Source of the DNA: Nemertoderma westbladi
Lineage: Eukaryota; Animalia; Xenacoelomorpha
Assembly: GCA_032718475.1 (NCBI GenBank)
Contig: JAUCBJ010003535.1
Span: 1 to 64,000, forward strand
Reading direction: 5' to 3'
DNA length: 64,000 nt
Of the stretch, positions 38,478-53,110 are shown in pieces (within the stretch, counting starts at the first letter, position 1; each line of letters starts with the position of its first letter). A program made the position numbers and the translations under genes. Below the pieces are notes generated by a model that was given only the letters and a program-made list of their open reading frames with translations, ran no database searches and was not told the origin of the DNA.

Positions 38478-40170
38478 AGGTGAACATTGTTAATGTACTT
38501 TGCACAAGTTAATAAACCACAGAAACAAAAGTTACCCCCCCCCCCCCCCCCCCCTGGGTGAATGGGCAGGGCAGATAGTGCAGCAGATTGATCGCTAGTG
38601 AAAATTACTAGTAGATCTATTTTTTATATAACCCTAACCCATTTTTGGGATGATTGCCCGGAATGTATAATTTACGAGTTGTTATTGTTTCTGTAAAACT
38701 CCCTTCCTCTAAGAGATATAAGAATGGACTTTAATTGAAATGAAAACAGAACGTTTGAGTAAACAAATAACACGTAAATAACACGATATAACACATTATT
38801 GAAGACGCAGTTACTCACATAGTGATAGTATAACTTCTATTGTTATGATACGCACAGGTGGCCACAGCCACGTAATTTATCTATTACTGCGTAGCGAGGC
38901 AGTAAATAATGGATAATTAACTACTGTATAGGCAGACAAAATAAATAAGGCATTGGGATGATGGCACAGCTTGGGAGAACTACGATTAGGACAGAGCTGT
39001 AATACCGATTGATAGTGGCAATCATGATCACAATGTACTGTTTACCGCGCAGCCTATATTACATCAACCAACGGTCATTATACTTATTCAATGACATTCA
39101 TTATCCAATAACAAGCCTCCACCCCGACTAGTGTGTGTGCTGAACAGAGTATACTATTGTACCGCCTTCAATGCGGTTTGTTATGAGTGTGCACTACTCG
39201 GAGAAATCTACCAATTGATGATGCACTTCTACCTAATGGACTGGTTTTATTATTATTATTATTCTATGCCATTGTCATTGTTATTGTTATTATAATTATA
39301 ATAATAATAATAAATATATAACTGTAATATAACAGCCTGTAATAATGTTGTAATAAATGTTGATTGGACTTAACTACTGTAGTTATTTTATTTATGCTTT
39401 GGGTTTAATAAAGAAGAATACAATTTTAGAAACAATCTGCCTAGTATATATTACCAATTATCAGAGGATCACAAGGTTTCTAATATTTAATACATATTGT
39501 TATTATCGTATTAAATACAAGATTGTTAAGATATGTCAGTATCTTAATTTTAAGTCTTTTTAAAGTCTTCAGCGTGAGCTAAATTTAGTGTATTATTATT
39601 ATTTGATCATTAAAATAATATATAAAATAAGTATTAATACATATTAATTTATTAATTACAATTCATTATGAAATTAATTTCAGTTTAACAGTACAAGTGT
39701 AGCGATCTAGCTAGCTATAAGAATAATTGTTTATTGTGTTGCCTAGCAACATATCCAGATTCCTTAGTTGGGAAACTTTGCAGCTAACGTTCTAGTTCCA
39801 GGGTGGCCACAAAGTCTTCTGGTTCGGTCCCAAATTGTAACAGTCTTCGAGGTGATAAGCTTTTACGTAGCAGTACAATTATTAGTGGACCGGTCACCCA
39901 GAGCCGGACTGTTTTTCCCTACCAAATTTCAGATGAATCTGAATTGGTTCTACAGCTACTCATAGGTTTCGTACTATTCGCCCCCTAACGGCCGATAGAC
40001 GAACTATAGAAGTCTGTCTGTATGTACAATTTATAATCTTTTGATAGACTACATGTGTATCAAGTTTAAGTTTATAATTTATTTTTTATTATTGGTGTTA
40101 TGGGTGAATGAGTGGTTTCATATTATTATAACTTTTTGTTGGGCACAGCTTTTGCAAAGTCGGCAATGAC

Positions 40171-40240
40171 ATCCAGGTGGGTTCTAACTGGTGACCTCCG
40201 GGTTGGAAGTCTGACGCTCAAACCATTCAGCTAGCGGCTC
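40171..40240 (-). mobile_element. tRNA-like SINE head or tRNA pseudogene
   Basis: Minus strand reads TAGCTGAATGG..AGTTAGAACCC (A/B-box-like); the downstream body resembles 61524-61565. Confidence 0.4.
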
Positions 40241-41429
40241 AGGTAAAAGATAGACCTGGAAATACTATCTGATACCTTGTATGTCGTCAATTTACCTTTA
40301 ATTTAAGTTTAAGTTTGGTTCCATTTAAATCAAAGTTTGACCGACTTATTAGAGTTCGAACAGAACGACGACGGCAGATAGTCCAATAATTTTACCGATA
40401 CGTAAAAGCTCAGCTGAGTTAGTGACTCGCCCCATAACTGTATGAGTGAAGTCCGGACAATTGGGACTCGAACAATTGCGACCCGGATTGTCCGGGTGGC
40501 AATTGTCCGGGTCGCAATTGTCCAGGCCGCAATTGTCCTAACATCTGTATGAGTGACCGTCAATGTATCGGAAGGACATTCACTCATTACTGCATTACTT
40601 GGAAAACCTCTTACAGTAGGGAAAAGGGCTATTCATGATTTCCACAGTTAAGTGGACATCAATATGTCCGAACATGAAACACAGTATTTCTTCAATTTTA
40701 ATAGCTCAAGTCCTTGGTAGTAGTCTAAACCTTTGTAAAACTATTCAGTGCAATTTCACAACCGTCTATAAAACAATCGATTCAATTTGATCCCATTTGA
40801 ACATACTTTATAAGGACAGTTAACCCCATATCATCTAAAGAGATTCATTTTTGTTATGAGCTTATCCCCAAGACTAATCTATACTTAATAAAACCGTACT
40901 CTCAAATTTAAAATTATTCACTTCCAAGAATAGTAAATGTTTGCTCTAACTAGAACATAATCAATCAGCCTTTACGAATTATGTAATTCCATAACGGAAA
41001 CTTAATATTATTTCAATACCTAATAAACAAGTGAGTTTACGATGTTTACGATGGTTACGACGGTTACATTATATCCGTTATGGAATTACGTTATGGAATT
41101 ACTTGATCTTGAATCCTATTGGACTAAGTGTTTTGTTGCTATTTATAGCAGCTTACATGCTGCCTGGGCTTTTCCTGAGCCAGTTTGTGTGTGTGTTTTT
41201 CAATATTTGTTATATGTCTGAAACCAATTGCCAGAATTATAATATTTAAATTTCACTGTTTTGTCTGCTCTACTTTGATCTTAACAGAATCGCACTCTAA
41301 ATCGTGTTTATATTATTTGATAGGTACAGTACCCCGAAAAACCGAAATTTACTTCTACAACAATTGCTTTGACTGTGCCTTATTTAATAGCGGAATTAAT
41401 CTATATTTAATTACAGTAGGCCTATCAGA

Positions 41430-43480
41430 GAATGGGAAAACCGAAATCAAATGCAGATATGCAGATATATTCAACTTCGGAAGGTATTGGATAAAGATGA
41501 GTTAATCGGTTAGATAGAGAGAGGAAGAGCAAAAAACGCCAAGAATTTATCAATGGAAAGTTTGAATAAACTTCGAGTCGAAACTAGATTACGAGTTCAA
41601 AAATTCAGGAAACTAAAATCTGTCAAACTTTCTCAAACTGCCACTTATAATGCCACAAGTACCATAAGTATGCCGCATAAGCAAGCATACCACAAGTATG
41701 TCGCCTTCAAGTCGGTATACTATGATTCAATCAATATGTAAAGCTGTTCAGCGTGCGTAACGATCGATGCTTAACAGTCCACGCAAGAAGTCTTGAGTCA
41801 TAAGGAAACTCGCCATGTCCGAGGGAATCGCTATCATAAAGCATGGAAAAGCGACAACTAGTAACCGTGGGATTGATGAACATACAATTAACACCATTAT
41901 TGTCGAATATTATTCGAATGATGAGATTTCAAGTGTTTCGCCAGGGAAAGCTGATAGTGGGAGGCCAAAAACTGAGAAAACAAAAACGGCATTTGATAAT
42001 GACATTGACTGAAGCGTTTGCGTTTGTCATCTTTAAAGATACCAAACCTGATATCAGTGTTGGTGTTTCGAAAATTAGCTCATTACGTCCCGCCCATGTG
42101 TTATTATCATCTCAACTTCCTCGAAATGTTTGCACCAAAATATAATTATATTATTGATTGCTCTCCATCGCGAGTTGCCCGAAGTCTTTCCATTATACGG
42201 CCCAGAATTTATACAAAGCAGTGTGTGTTTGCGATTGCACTAACAAGCTATCAACAAGCTAATATTAGAGGGCTTCCCTCTAATAATGGTAACACATACA
42301 CAATGCTATATTTTATAGTATAGTAGTATGATTTTTCATGGCTTGCGTTTATGGGCATATTAATCAGTAGTATTTAGTATTGTAACTGTAAATGTGTTGT
42401 TAATAATATTTCTCATAATTGTATATATTTGCGGCTCATACATTTTATTACTTTAATTTTTTAATTAATTAGTTAAACTAGTTTTAATTTATTAATTGGC
42501 TATTTTAATTTCTACATAAAATATCAGAATATAAAAAGTTAAAAAAAAGTGTAAATAAAAACGTTATCTTTAATTTATTTTGCCAATTTACCAATTTATA
42601 ATACCTTAATTTTAGTTACTTATTGCAGGTTTTGTTACATTTTGTTTTATAGTTTCGGTTTGTGATTTTTCACGTTGTCGCACAAACTTAAATGTGTAAA
42701 AAAAGCTCTGTTAGGCCGCAATGCATAAGCAATGCATAACACAGATATAACAGGGGGGGGGGGCAGCAGTGGAAAATATCCATAACGGCCCATCTTCCTG
42801 GTTAAAAATTGGGTTGTCTTTGTATTCGTGGCATCCTGTCTACCAAACTTATTTCCCGAGATTCAATTCACCTGGGAATTCTTCGAAACGTCCCATAGGA
42901 AGGGGCCTTGCGATCATATCGGTGGTCTTGCTAAGCGACAAGTCCAGCGTGTAGTAAATAGTCGGAGGATGATAGTTAATGACGCACGGATGTTTGCAGA
43001 GGATCTTTCAAGTGTAAACAATAATATTTATATTATATTATTGACTGAAGACGAAATCAGAGACTGGGTAACAAAGAATATTGCAGAGTTATGGGAAAAT
43101 GTTTCGGGAGTTGAAGGAACCATGAATATTCATCATATGGAACCCAAACCAACAAATTTTTTGTTAACGCGTTTCACTGCAACCGCCACATCTTGCACAA
43201 TACATTATTTATGGATGCGCTATTGACGGATTCGCTTCCCACTAAAGAAATTAGAAATACAGCCATTGCTGGTATCGACGTTTACGTTGTAGTGCTTTTC
43301 AATGGTGAATATATGCCAGGGCAAGTTATGGGCATAAATACTACCCTTGCCCATGTGTCTGGCACTGATCCTGATGCATTGCATGAACTAACCATTATTA
43401 TGGAGAAGAGTATTGGATATGCATGGGAGTGGAAGTTTATACATGAAGATTTGCGAACCCAACATAATAAATAAGCGGGG
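41430..43480 (+). pseudogene. Decayed DDE transposase, probably Sola-type
   Basis: Fragments YYSNDEISSVSPGK, KQKRHLIMTLTEAF..VGVSKISSLRPAHV..RNVC and WEFFETSHRKGPCDHIGGLAKR lie in different frames. Flanked by repeated GTAATTCCATAACG motifs (40983-41100, 43650-43950). Superfamily is from motif recall only. Confidence 0.65.
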
Positions 43481-44959
43481 ATTATTTCGCGTTCTGGAAC
43501 TCGATACTCTGTTTGGGTTTAATTACTTTCTGATTCCTAATTTAATAATACAACTTGTTATATATCTATTGGGTTCTCTAATATACTTTGTATCGGCATC
43601 AATTACACAATTTATTACTATCTTTTAACTATTAATAACAGATTTTGTTAACGTAATTCCATAACACTTCGGAAATGTAATTCCATAACGACATGTATTT
43701 GATATAATATTCATTTCAGTTGATTACTACTTTATCTACACAATTATTTCCAAACTACATCTAGTTTGCCTCGTCATAACTAGTAGTGAATATTCTAGGT
43801 ATTATTAGTTCGCAGGGAAATAACTTAGAAAAGTATTTAAAAAATCTCATGTATTTTTTTCATGTAATTCCAAAACACTGATTATTATATTGAATAAATT
43901 TAACATAACAAACATTTTTGAAACTGAGTCCGATTGTAATTCCATAACGGTGGAATTCATGCAAAAGACATCACTAACAAAATAAAACATAAAGCCGAAT
44001 CACAACTCGCTATCTCTCACATCCAAAGAGGCCTTGCTGAGAAGGTGAAGCTAAAAATAAAACATGTGGCTGAATTCAATTAGGCAACAGTTAACATGTT
44101 AAGTTAATAAGTCGTGTGAATCAGTACTGCCGGTTGCAGTGCAGTACACTGTAAAAAAAATGAAACATTTGCTTCATTTTTATTATGGTAAAAGAATAAA
44201 AGCATCAATACGGGCGTTTTTCCTTTAAATTGTTTGTGGTGAAATTGATCCACTCTATTCTATGTGAAATACCTAGAATAATTTCTTTAAAATGCATTGT
44301 TTTACCCCAAAATATTTGAGAAATAAAATAAAAATATCTATACACATTAATTTGCCTTTAAACAATTGTGTAAATATTAAACTGAAATCACCATTATACC
44401 ACTGGCCGTATTTCTTTTCACCATGTTATACAGTAATATGGTGTAACACATTTATTAATCCAGATAAGTTTTCGTGATTTCCTATTATAATAATTAAGGT
44501 AAAATACCAATTAGAAGTGTACTTTTATACATTTAAGTGTCTGCCAATTTCACCATGAAAATGGTAAATAATGAAAATGGTTAATGGTAAATACCATTAT
44601 TATCAACTTTAAAATAAACATCCGCTACACAACTTAAAATGTCTGTTTTTGATTTTTATTTTAATCAAATTAAAATTAAAATCGTTATGTTGTTATGTTA
44701 TGTTATTTTATTGCACCGAGCAGACGATTTTGATGACAAAAATTAAATTTTAGTTTTTTGGTAATAAAAGGGTTTCAATACTGTGAATTATAACAAAAAA
44801 AGCCAACATATTTTATGATTTTGTTTGTTTTGACAACACGTTGCTTAAAAGCAACACGGTGCGACAAAGGAACGTAATAATGAAGAAATATATTATAGTG
44901 AATGTTTTTTTCTGTCTGATTTGTTTCAGTTTTGTTCCACTTCTTTCAACTGTTTGTAT

Positions 44960-45296
44960 GTCTGTCTACCTTCCTACCTGTCTGTTCGACTGTCTGTTCG
45001 TATGTCTGCCTGTCTGTCTCCATACCTGACTGTTTGTCGGGGTCTGTCTGTCTGTCTATCTGTCGGTCTGTGGTCTGTCTCTCTGCATGCCTGATGGTTT
45101 ATCGGTCTGTCTATCGGGATTTTCTTATAGAAAAGCAACGGGGGGCTAATTTTATCTAAAAGTTTGTACCCGGTGTTATTTTTTTGTGCTCTTTCTATTT
45201 TCGACTGTGTTCGGCAGTTTTTGGAGTGTGTTCGGGTGTGTTGGAGTGTGTTCGGGTGTGTTGGGGTGTGTTCGGGTGTGTTGGGGTGTGTTCGCT
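44960..45296. repeat. (TGTC)n-like microsatellite followed by a 10-bp GTGTGTTCGG repeat
   Basis: Directly visible periodicity. Confidence 0.8.
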
Positions 45297-46223
45297 TGTA
45301 TTCTGTAAAAAGATCTATCCAGACATCGGGAAACAACTTTGACAAGGTATTGGATAACGTCATTTGCATGGAGCCACATACCCGCAGTAAGGTTGATGCA
45401 GCCGTTACTGGGTTATTTACACATACAGTACTGTAGATAATATTGTTTTAAAATAAATACAAATACTTGATCGTAGATAGATGTGGGATTATCGTCGTCA
45501 GTTAGAGCTGTACACTGGTATCGATTGGTACATACTGTAGAATAGGGATTATTGTAGATTGTCTGCAGTCAATACCTACTACATACACTTATACTGTAGT
45601 GCAGTAGGCCTTGTCTTCAGTACATCTATATAATATACTGTATATGGAGAAAGAGAAACAAGACAACTTATTTTCTTAAAATGGTGGCAAATTTACTTTA
45701 AATAGGCCCCTACCTACTGTACATATTGGACGGATAATACAACATCTGACAATTTTTCCCAAATAAGTCACATATTTTTAACGTCAATTATTTAGTACTT
45801 CCAAATTTATTCGTAATTATTATATAATTTATTGTTTTAGAGTTTTTAATCGAGTTAGTTCAATAAATCAATGCAGTGAAGCAATAAAGAAGATGCCAAG
45901 TGTATTTTGGAAACGGATGAATAATAGAAACTCACAGTGGTAAGTAATAAATAGGCATAAGTAGGGTAAGTACTGTATGTACAATAGAAACTCACAGTGG
46001 TAAGTAAGAAATAGGCATAAGTAGGGCTCAACAGAAGCTTCGGCTTCGGTTCGGTTCGGGCCGAAGTTTGGCAATTTCGGTTCGGTTCGGCTTCTGCAAT
46101 TGATACTGCAGAAGCCAGGAGCAAACTTTGCTAATTATTCCAAGTATTATATTGACTGATTGAGCTAAGACCAGAAGACAGTAAGACTAATCAATCTGTC
46201 CATCGTTGTACTAATTAATTTTG

Positions 46224-47621
46224 GGGTGCAAACGTTAAGCAGACACTGGTGCAGAGCAGACAGTAGGTACAGACAGTGGTGCAGACAGTGGTGCAGACAG
46301 TGATGCAGACAGTGGTGCAGACACCTGGTGAAACAGTGGTGCAGTCGTGCAGCCACTGGTGCAGACAGTTGTGCAGGCTTTGATACAGACAGTGGTGCAG
46401 ACAGTGGTGCAGACACTGGTGCAGACACTGGTGCAGACAGTGTTGCAGACAGTGGTGCAGACACCTGGTGCAGGCACTGGCTGACTGGTGCAGACACTGG
46501 TGCAGAGCAGACAGTGGTGTAGACAGTGGTGCAGACACTGGTGCAGACAGTGGTTCAGACACTGGTGCAGACAGTGGTGCAGACAGTGGTGCAGCCAGTG
46601 GTGCAGACAGTGGTGCAGCCAGTGGTGCAGACAGTGGTGCAGATACTGGTGCAGACACTGGCAGACTGGTGCAGACAGTGATGCAGACAGTGGTGCAGAC
46701 ACCTGGTGAAACAGTGGTGCAGTCGTGCAGCCACTGGTGCAGACAGTTGTGCAGGCTTTGATACAGACAGTGGTGCAGACAGTGGTGCAGACACTGGTGC
46801 AGACAGTGTTGCAGACAGTGGTGCAGACACCTGGTGCAGGCACTGGCTGACTGGTGCAGACACTGGTGCAGAGCAGACAGTGGTGTAGACAGTGGTGCAG
46901 ACACTGGTGCAGACAGTGGTTCAGACACTGGTGCAGACAGTGGTGCAGACAGTGGTGCAGCCAGTGGTGCAGACAGTGGTGCAGCCAGTGGTGCAGACAG
47001 TGGTGCAGATACTGGTGCAGACACTGGCAGACTGGTGCAGACAGTAAAGGCTGAAAGGGGCGAGCAGGTTAGTAAAGGAGCAGTTTAGTAAAGGAGCAGG
47101 TTTCAGAGGAGTATTGGGGGAACCAAAACAATAAACGTTATTGTTTTGGAGGCTAAGAATACCCAAGGGCCAAGAATACTCACAGGCTAAGAATACTCGC
47201 GGACTAACAATTCCTGAGACCTTACTGTAGTTAGTCTGCACTGTCTGCACCACTGACTGACTGTCTGCACCAGTGTCTGCACCACTGTCTGCACCAGTGT
47301 CTGCACCACTGTCTGCACCAGTGTCTGCACCACTTTCTGCACCACTGTCTGCACCACTGTCTGCACCAGTGTCTGCACCACTGTCTGCACCAGTGTCTGC
47401 ACCACTTTCTGCACCAGTCTGCACCACTGTCTGCACCAGTGTCTGCATCACTGTCTGTACCAGTGTCTGCCGCACCACTGTCTGCACCACTGTCTGCACC
47501 AGTGTCTGTACCACTGTCTGCACGCTGCACCACTGTCTGCACCACAGTCTGCACCACTGTCCGCACCAGGTGTCTGCACCACTGTCTGCACTGCACCACT
47601 GTCTGCTTAACGTTTACACCC
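46224..47621. mobile_element. MULE/Foldback-type non-autonomous element with inverted 12-bp arrays
   Basis: TIR GGGTGCAAACGTTAAGCAGACA / TGTCTGCTTAACGTTTACACCC; 9-bp TSD TTAATTTTG (46215-46223, 47622-47630). Confidence 0.9.
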
Positions 47622-47718
47622 TTAATTTTGGACTGAACTTCCATTTAAATGGCATTATTTTTTTAATTGTTTTCAGTTTACTTGGGTAGTTTCAAAATTA
47701 GCTTATAATTATACAGTA

Positions 47719-49085
47719 CCGTAAAACGGGGTGACTTGATACAGTTTTTGCCTTTAACTGTGAATATCTTTTGAAGTTTTTATCCAACACAGATGGAATA
47801 AAAAGACAATTTTATAGTCGGGATGAGTACTACACCACTAGACTAAAGCACTATTTCAGGTGCTTAGTCTAGTGGTGTTTTTTTTTTAAAAACCAGCTGT
47901 ATCAAGTCACCCCACCTAACGGGGTGACTTGATACACGAGCAAATTTTCCGCAATAATACCACTCTGTGAATGAGTTTGGATCATGTTGTAGGCTGTGGG
48001 GGTGACTTGATACATCTTGGAAATTTTAAAAAAAGAACGAAGTCCCCACCTAATGGGGATATAAAATTATGGCTAAAATTAAAAATAACTCAATTTTTTA
48101 TGAAAAAATATTAAATATTTAACAAGTTAAATTGCACTTTAAAAACGGAAAAGACCTTCATTGCATAGTGCCATCATGACACCAATAAGTAAGACAATAC
48201 ATTTTTAAAAAATCTGCAAACTAAAACAATGAATATAAGCACAAATTTTGCAAATTTAAGGTTTAAGTAAAGATGAAAAAATATTTTAGAAAATCTAACT
48301 TATAACAATAGGCCTAGTTAACAAGTTAAATTGCACTTTAAAAACGAAAGAGACTTTCATTGCATTGTGAAATCCTGACTCCAGTAAGTAAGACAAGACA
48401 TTTTAGAAAAAACTGAAAATTAAATCAATGAATTTAAGCACAAATTTTGCAAAATCAAGGTTTAATTAAGTAAGATAAAATTTAAAAAAATACTGCAAAC
48501 TAAATTAACAGATCAATGTAGGCCCTATTTAAGCACAAATGTTGCAAAATAAAGGTTTGCAGTTGGTATCTATCAATATACTGTACTCTATCAATAAACA
48601 CTATCAATAAACAATACTGCAATATACCCTACACTGCCGAAGAGGATATGATTTACAGTTAACCAATATGTATCAAGTCACCCCATTTTGAGACACACTT
48701 TCAAAAAACGGGCACTCCACCCCCAATTCATATGAAAATGTGTAAAATTTTTTTAGGATCATAATATTCAAAGACATCTATTAGCATCTGTAAAAATAAT
48801 TTTTGAACAACATTAACCCAAAGTGTCAAAAATTCGACCTATATTTTGACATTGAAAAAAAGTGAATTTTTGAAAAATGCATTTTTGGCTCTAGTGATCA
48901 CAAATGCGAAGCAATGACAAAATTTATTTTAATATTTGACAGACAATTTATTCAGACATCTTCTAACTGTCTAATATTTCAATTTTTATCATAAGATCAC
49001 GCAATCACCCACAATCCGTTAAAGAAAAAAAGTATAACTTGCTGTATCAAGTCACCTCAATGTATCAAGTCACCCCGTTTTACGG
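47719..49085. mobile_element. pogo/Tc1-mariner-like non-autonomous element
   Basis: TIR CCGTAAAACGGGGTGACTTGATACA, TA TSD, internal copies of the TIR motif. Confidence 0.88.
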
Positions 49086-52000
49086 TAGTTTAGGTTAGGC
49101 TAAATAGGCCTATTGCCATTTTACTTTGTAGTACCTATTTTTTAATTAATCATAACTTTGATACATAATACCAAATACAGAAATATACCTACTACCTCAT
49201 ACTGTCATATAAATAGTACTACCTGTACTTTTAGTGAGGTTTTCTAAATTTTATGTCACTACTGTACGGCTTACTACGGATGAAAATGTGGTGCATACAG
49301 TAGCAGTAAGTATACAGTAGTTTAGGTTAGTAATGCTGTACAGTAATGTAAATATTGTCATTTTATTTTGTAGTGCTTATTTTTTTAATTAATCATAGCT
49401 TTCTTGCTAAGTCCGCAGACCAAATAGGTACCAGTCTGCCACTGCCAGTCAGCCAGTATAGTGACGTAAAGACGAATTTATGACCATAACTTGCTAACTT
49501 TCTGAACTTCGGTTCGGATTCGGTTCGGTTCGGCCCGAAGTTGGCCCTGCTTCGGTTCGGTTCGGTTCGGCACCATAAAGTGCCTTCTGTTGAACCCTAG
49601 GCATAAGTAGGGTAAGTACTGTATGTACAATAGAAACTCACAGTGGTAAGTAAGAAATAGGCATAAGTAGGGTAAGTACTGTATGTACAATAGAAACTAA
49701 CAGTGGTAAGTAAGAAATAGGCATAAGTAGGGTAAGTACTGTATGTACAATAGAAACTCACAGTGGTAAGTAAGAAATAGGCATAAGTAGGGTAAGTACT
49801 GTATGTACAATAGAAACTCACAGTGGTAAGTAATAAATAGGCATAAGTAGGGTAAGTACTGTATGTACAATAGAAACTCACAGTGGTAAGTAAGAAATAG
49901 GCATAAGTAGGGTAAGTACTGTATGTACAATAGAAACTAACAGTGGTAAGTAAGAAATAGGCATAAGTTAGGGTAAGTACTGTATGTACAATAGAAACTC
50001 ACAGTGGTAAGTAAGAAATAGGCATAAGTAGGGTAAGTACTGTATGTACAATAGAAACTAACAGTGGTAAGTAAGAAATAGGCATAAGTTAGGGTAAGTA
50101 CTGTATGTACAATAGAAACTCACAGTGGTAAGTAATAAATAGGCATAAGTAGGGTAAGTACTGTATGTACAATAGAAACTCACAGTGGTAAGTAAGAAAT
50201 AGGCATAAGTAGGGTAAGTACTGTATGTACAATAGAAACTAACAGTGGTAAGTAAGAAATAGGCATAAGTTAGGGTAAGTACTGTATGTACAAAATGAAA
50301 TAGGCATAAGTAGGGTAAGTACTGTATGTACAAAATTAAATAGACATACCTAATAGGAATTACCTATTAATTGTTAGTAAGCACAAAAAGAAATAGGCAC
50401 AAACTACGGAAAAATAAGTGCATCCCGGAATTGTGTTGGTGGTTACACCAATACTGTTGCTATGCGACACGTATTAAATCCTTGGTGTTGTCTCAAATCC
50501 CACCGACATACCTTTAAATTTAATGTGTGCCCCATGATTGGTTATAGTCCATGCTCTCTAAGTTATGTGCCCCATGATTGGTTATACCCCGTAGGCCCTG
50601 CCTCTTCTCTAAGTTAAGACCAAGTGCTCTGATAAAATAAATATATTGTTGGAATATAATGCAAAGTGTTATTAATATTGTGTTATAATAATTATTCTGT
50701 ATGAATTTAACAATGTTACAAAATATAATTATTAATTACTGAAGACTTTGTATTCTACGCTTTATTATATATTTGTATGCCTATTTATCAACAAGCCCAT
50801 CTTCACTTACCATTATTTTTCCAGCACCTATTCATCTGGTGATGATGATGGTCTTTCGGCTGCTAACGACTCTATCGTAGGGATAGACGATTCGGCCTCC
50901 CAGATGGGAGTACCAAAAAGAAAACAACACCAAACACAGAAGAGAACACTAGATACATCATCTAGTGATGAAGCACATTGGGTTAGTTAATATATTTTAT
51001 TATTATTTCACCGTAATCTTACAAAAGGTTTCACGACAGCGACAGGTTAAATAATTATGATTTTAAATTCATGTTTTGCAAGAAGGTATGTACTTCTCCG
51101 CAAAGATAGTGGACATTGGTTCATTATATATAAAGGCCACACCACTTGAATGCATCGCTTGCCTGTCGCTGCCATTATAGTGCCATATAACTACATCATA
51201 CACATGGTGATGAGTATTAACGAATTATGAAGGCAGTGGCCGACAAGTCTTATCCATTCTCTCTCAGGGAGATGATGGGTTTTTGAAATCTGCGTTATGT
51301 TGAGATTGTACAATGTCTGGATTTGGTATTTTTAAACATCAAACGCCCATAAGTTTCTGCCAAATAGCAGCCCATGCTCTACTGCTACCCGAATAAATTT
51401 ACCTTCAGAAAGGGTGTGATACCAGGTGATTTGTATACCTTTGATAGTTATTTAAAATGCAGACCATTCTGCAATCGGAGGTTTTCCGCAGATTTCCAAA
51501 ACCAAGACTCTAAGTAGCAGAAAGTCACCTACTGTACATGACCCACAAAGCCACCCTACTTCTGAATACAAAGTGACGGTCGTTGACCTGCTGTATGAGC
51601 AGGAATCAAAGTTTACACCCACTTTTAAAAATATAGGAAACATTGGATATTGCTTGTTTTAGACTTCTAGGTAGTGACTGACAATCAATGTCCAATGTCA
51701 CTGACATAAATCCCAAATCTTTAACAAGTCAAGGTCCGTCAAGTGTATTGACAGTTGTTCTGTAATTCTACAACCTCTACAGTAGATGGTTGTATCCCAC
51801 CCCATCTACACTACAATGTATATATTTATTAGTATTATTATGTTTTCAAGAAGATCCTTCCACAGCACTCCGCCACAACGTATTACAGTTTTTGACTTTG
51901 ATTGTAGTATTGTATACGATAACCACAAACCAAAATTAATAAATCTATTATTCTAAACATTTATTTACATGTACAGTAGGTGTAGAGTACTGTAGGTGCA

Positions 52001-52869
52001 CAATGTAGGTTTAGCCTACATGTAAGCCATTATTAGCAGAGACATGGTACAGTAGTAAGCAAGAGATGTAAGGTAGTATTGAAATTTGTCATAAAGAGGT
52101 GTTTAATTAGTGGAACCCAGAGATAAATTGAGATAAGAGAATAAAACGAAATAAAAGAAAAATAATTACAGTAATGGAGGGTGCAATTACTTGTTTAGCT
52201 ACAACTTTATTTACATGTATCTTTATCGTGAGAAGCTCCAATTCTTAGGCTAGTATGGAAATACATTTCCATGGGGGCTGTCGAAGAAAACTGTCAAATT
52301 TGTGGTGGTCTTCTTAGAATTAACAAAACGTCTAGAAGAAAAGTCTGATAGTAAAAATAGCAGATTGTAGTAAAGAACCTTTACAGAACCCATTCTGGTA
52401 TCCATGAAGCCGTGAATCCGTGATGTGATTCAATATAATTATATTGTATAGTTTCGATTCGAGATTACGAGATTCCATGGAGAGATAATAATACTGTAAT
52501 GTAGGTTGCCCTTCTTGGGATCTGGCACCAACATGTACGTTATCATTTCTTGTACAGAGGCAAATACTGTCTACTGTAGTAGACCGACCATCTCTATTCT
52601 GTCTACTGTAGATCTATGATGATGCATGATGAATGAGCTCAAAAAACTCAGGAATTGTAAAGACCTCAGACACCATCTACTCCACTGAAACAATTAGTAA
52701 AGTATTAATGCTCTTGGCAAGACATGGGCTCCATCCTCCTGCCTTTCGGATCAAGTTTTGGTTCAATAATTCTGTTCAACATTACTCTGTTGAATAGTTT
52801 ATTTACAATCGAAATGAGGCTGATCCCACGATATGTGACCCATTAAGTCTTAATGGGTCACATAGCAAC

Positions 52870-53110
52870 AGCTTGGTCTAGTGGTGACATTCACGGGCTT
52901 CCAATGAGGAAGGCCTAGTCGATCCCTAGATGAGGCAGCACTGTTTGGGCCCAGTGCTTTAAATTCTGCAGCCTAGCCCAACCCTGGCTTTCATCCTTTA
53001 CTGGTCGATAAATGGGAACCAAGGCAACTAAGGAAACGAGTGGAAGGGTTTACTGTGGAAGATCACCCATGGTGGTAAACAGGCATTCCTTGGACAAACC
53101 AGCCTAAAAT
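52870..53110 (+). mobile_element. Degenerate tRNA-derived SINE
   Basis: TGGTCTAGTGG A-box, decayed B-box, and TTCATCCTTTACTGGTCGATAAATG resembling a conserved SINE core. Confidence 0.5.

Larger units (their letters stand above)
46022..49599. mobile_element. hAT-type MITE carrying two nested insertions
   Basis: TIR TAGGGCTCAACAGAAG / CTTCTGTTGAACCCTA, (TTCGG)n subterminal repeats, 8-bp TSD GGCATAAG. Confidence 0.9.
45921..50332. repeat. 60-bp minisatellite (45921-46021 and 49600-50332) split by a transposon stack
   Basis: Unit GGCATAAGTAGGGTAAGTACTGTATGTACAATAGAAACTCACAGTGGTAAGTAAGAAATA, about 13 copies in total. Confidence 0.92.

Noticed and set aside
44148-44165. CACTGTAAAAAA CACTA/EnSpm-like terminus
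   Set aside because: No matching opposite end was found in the window.
49600-50332. Regular array as a possible CRISPR
   Set aside because: The units are identical with no unique spacers, and the context is eukaryotic with no cas genes.
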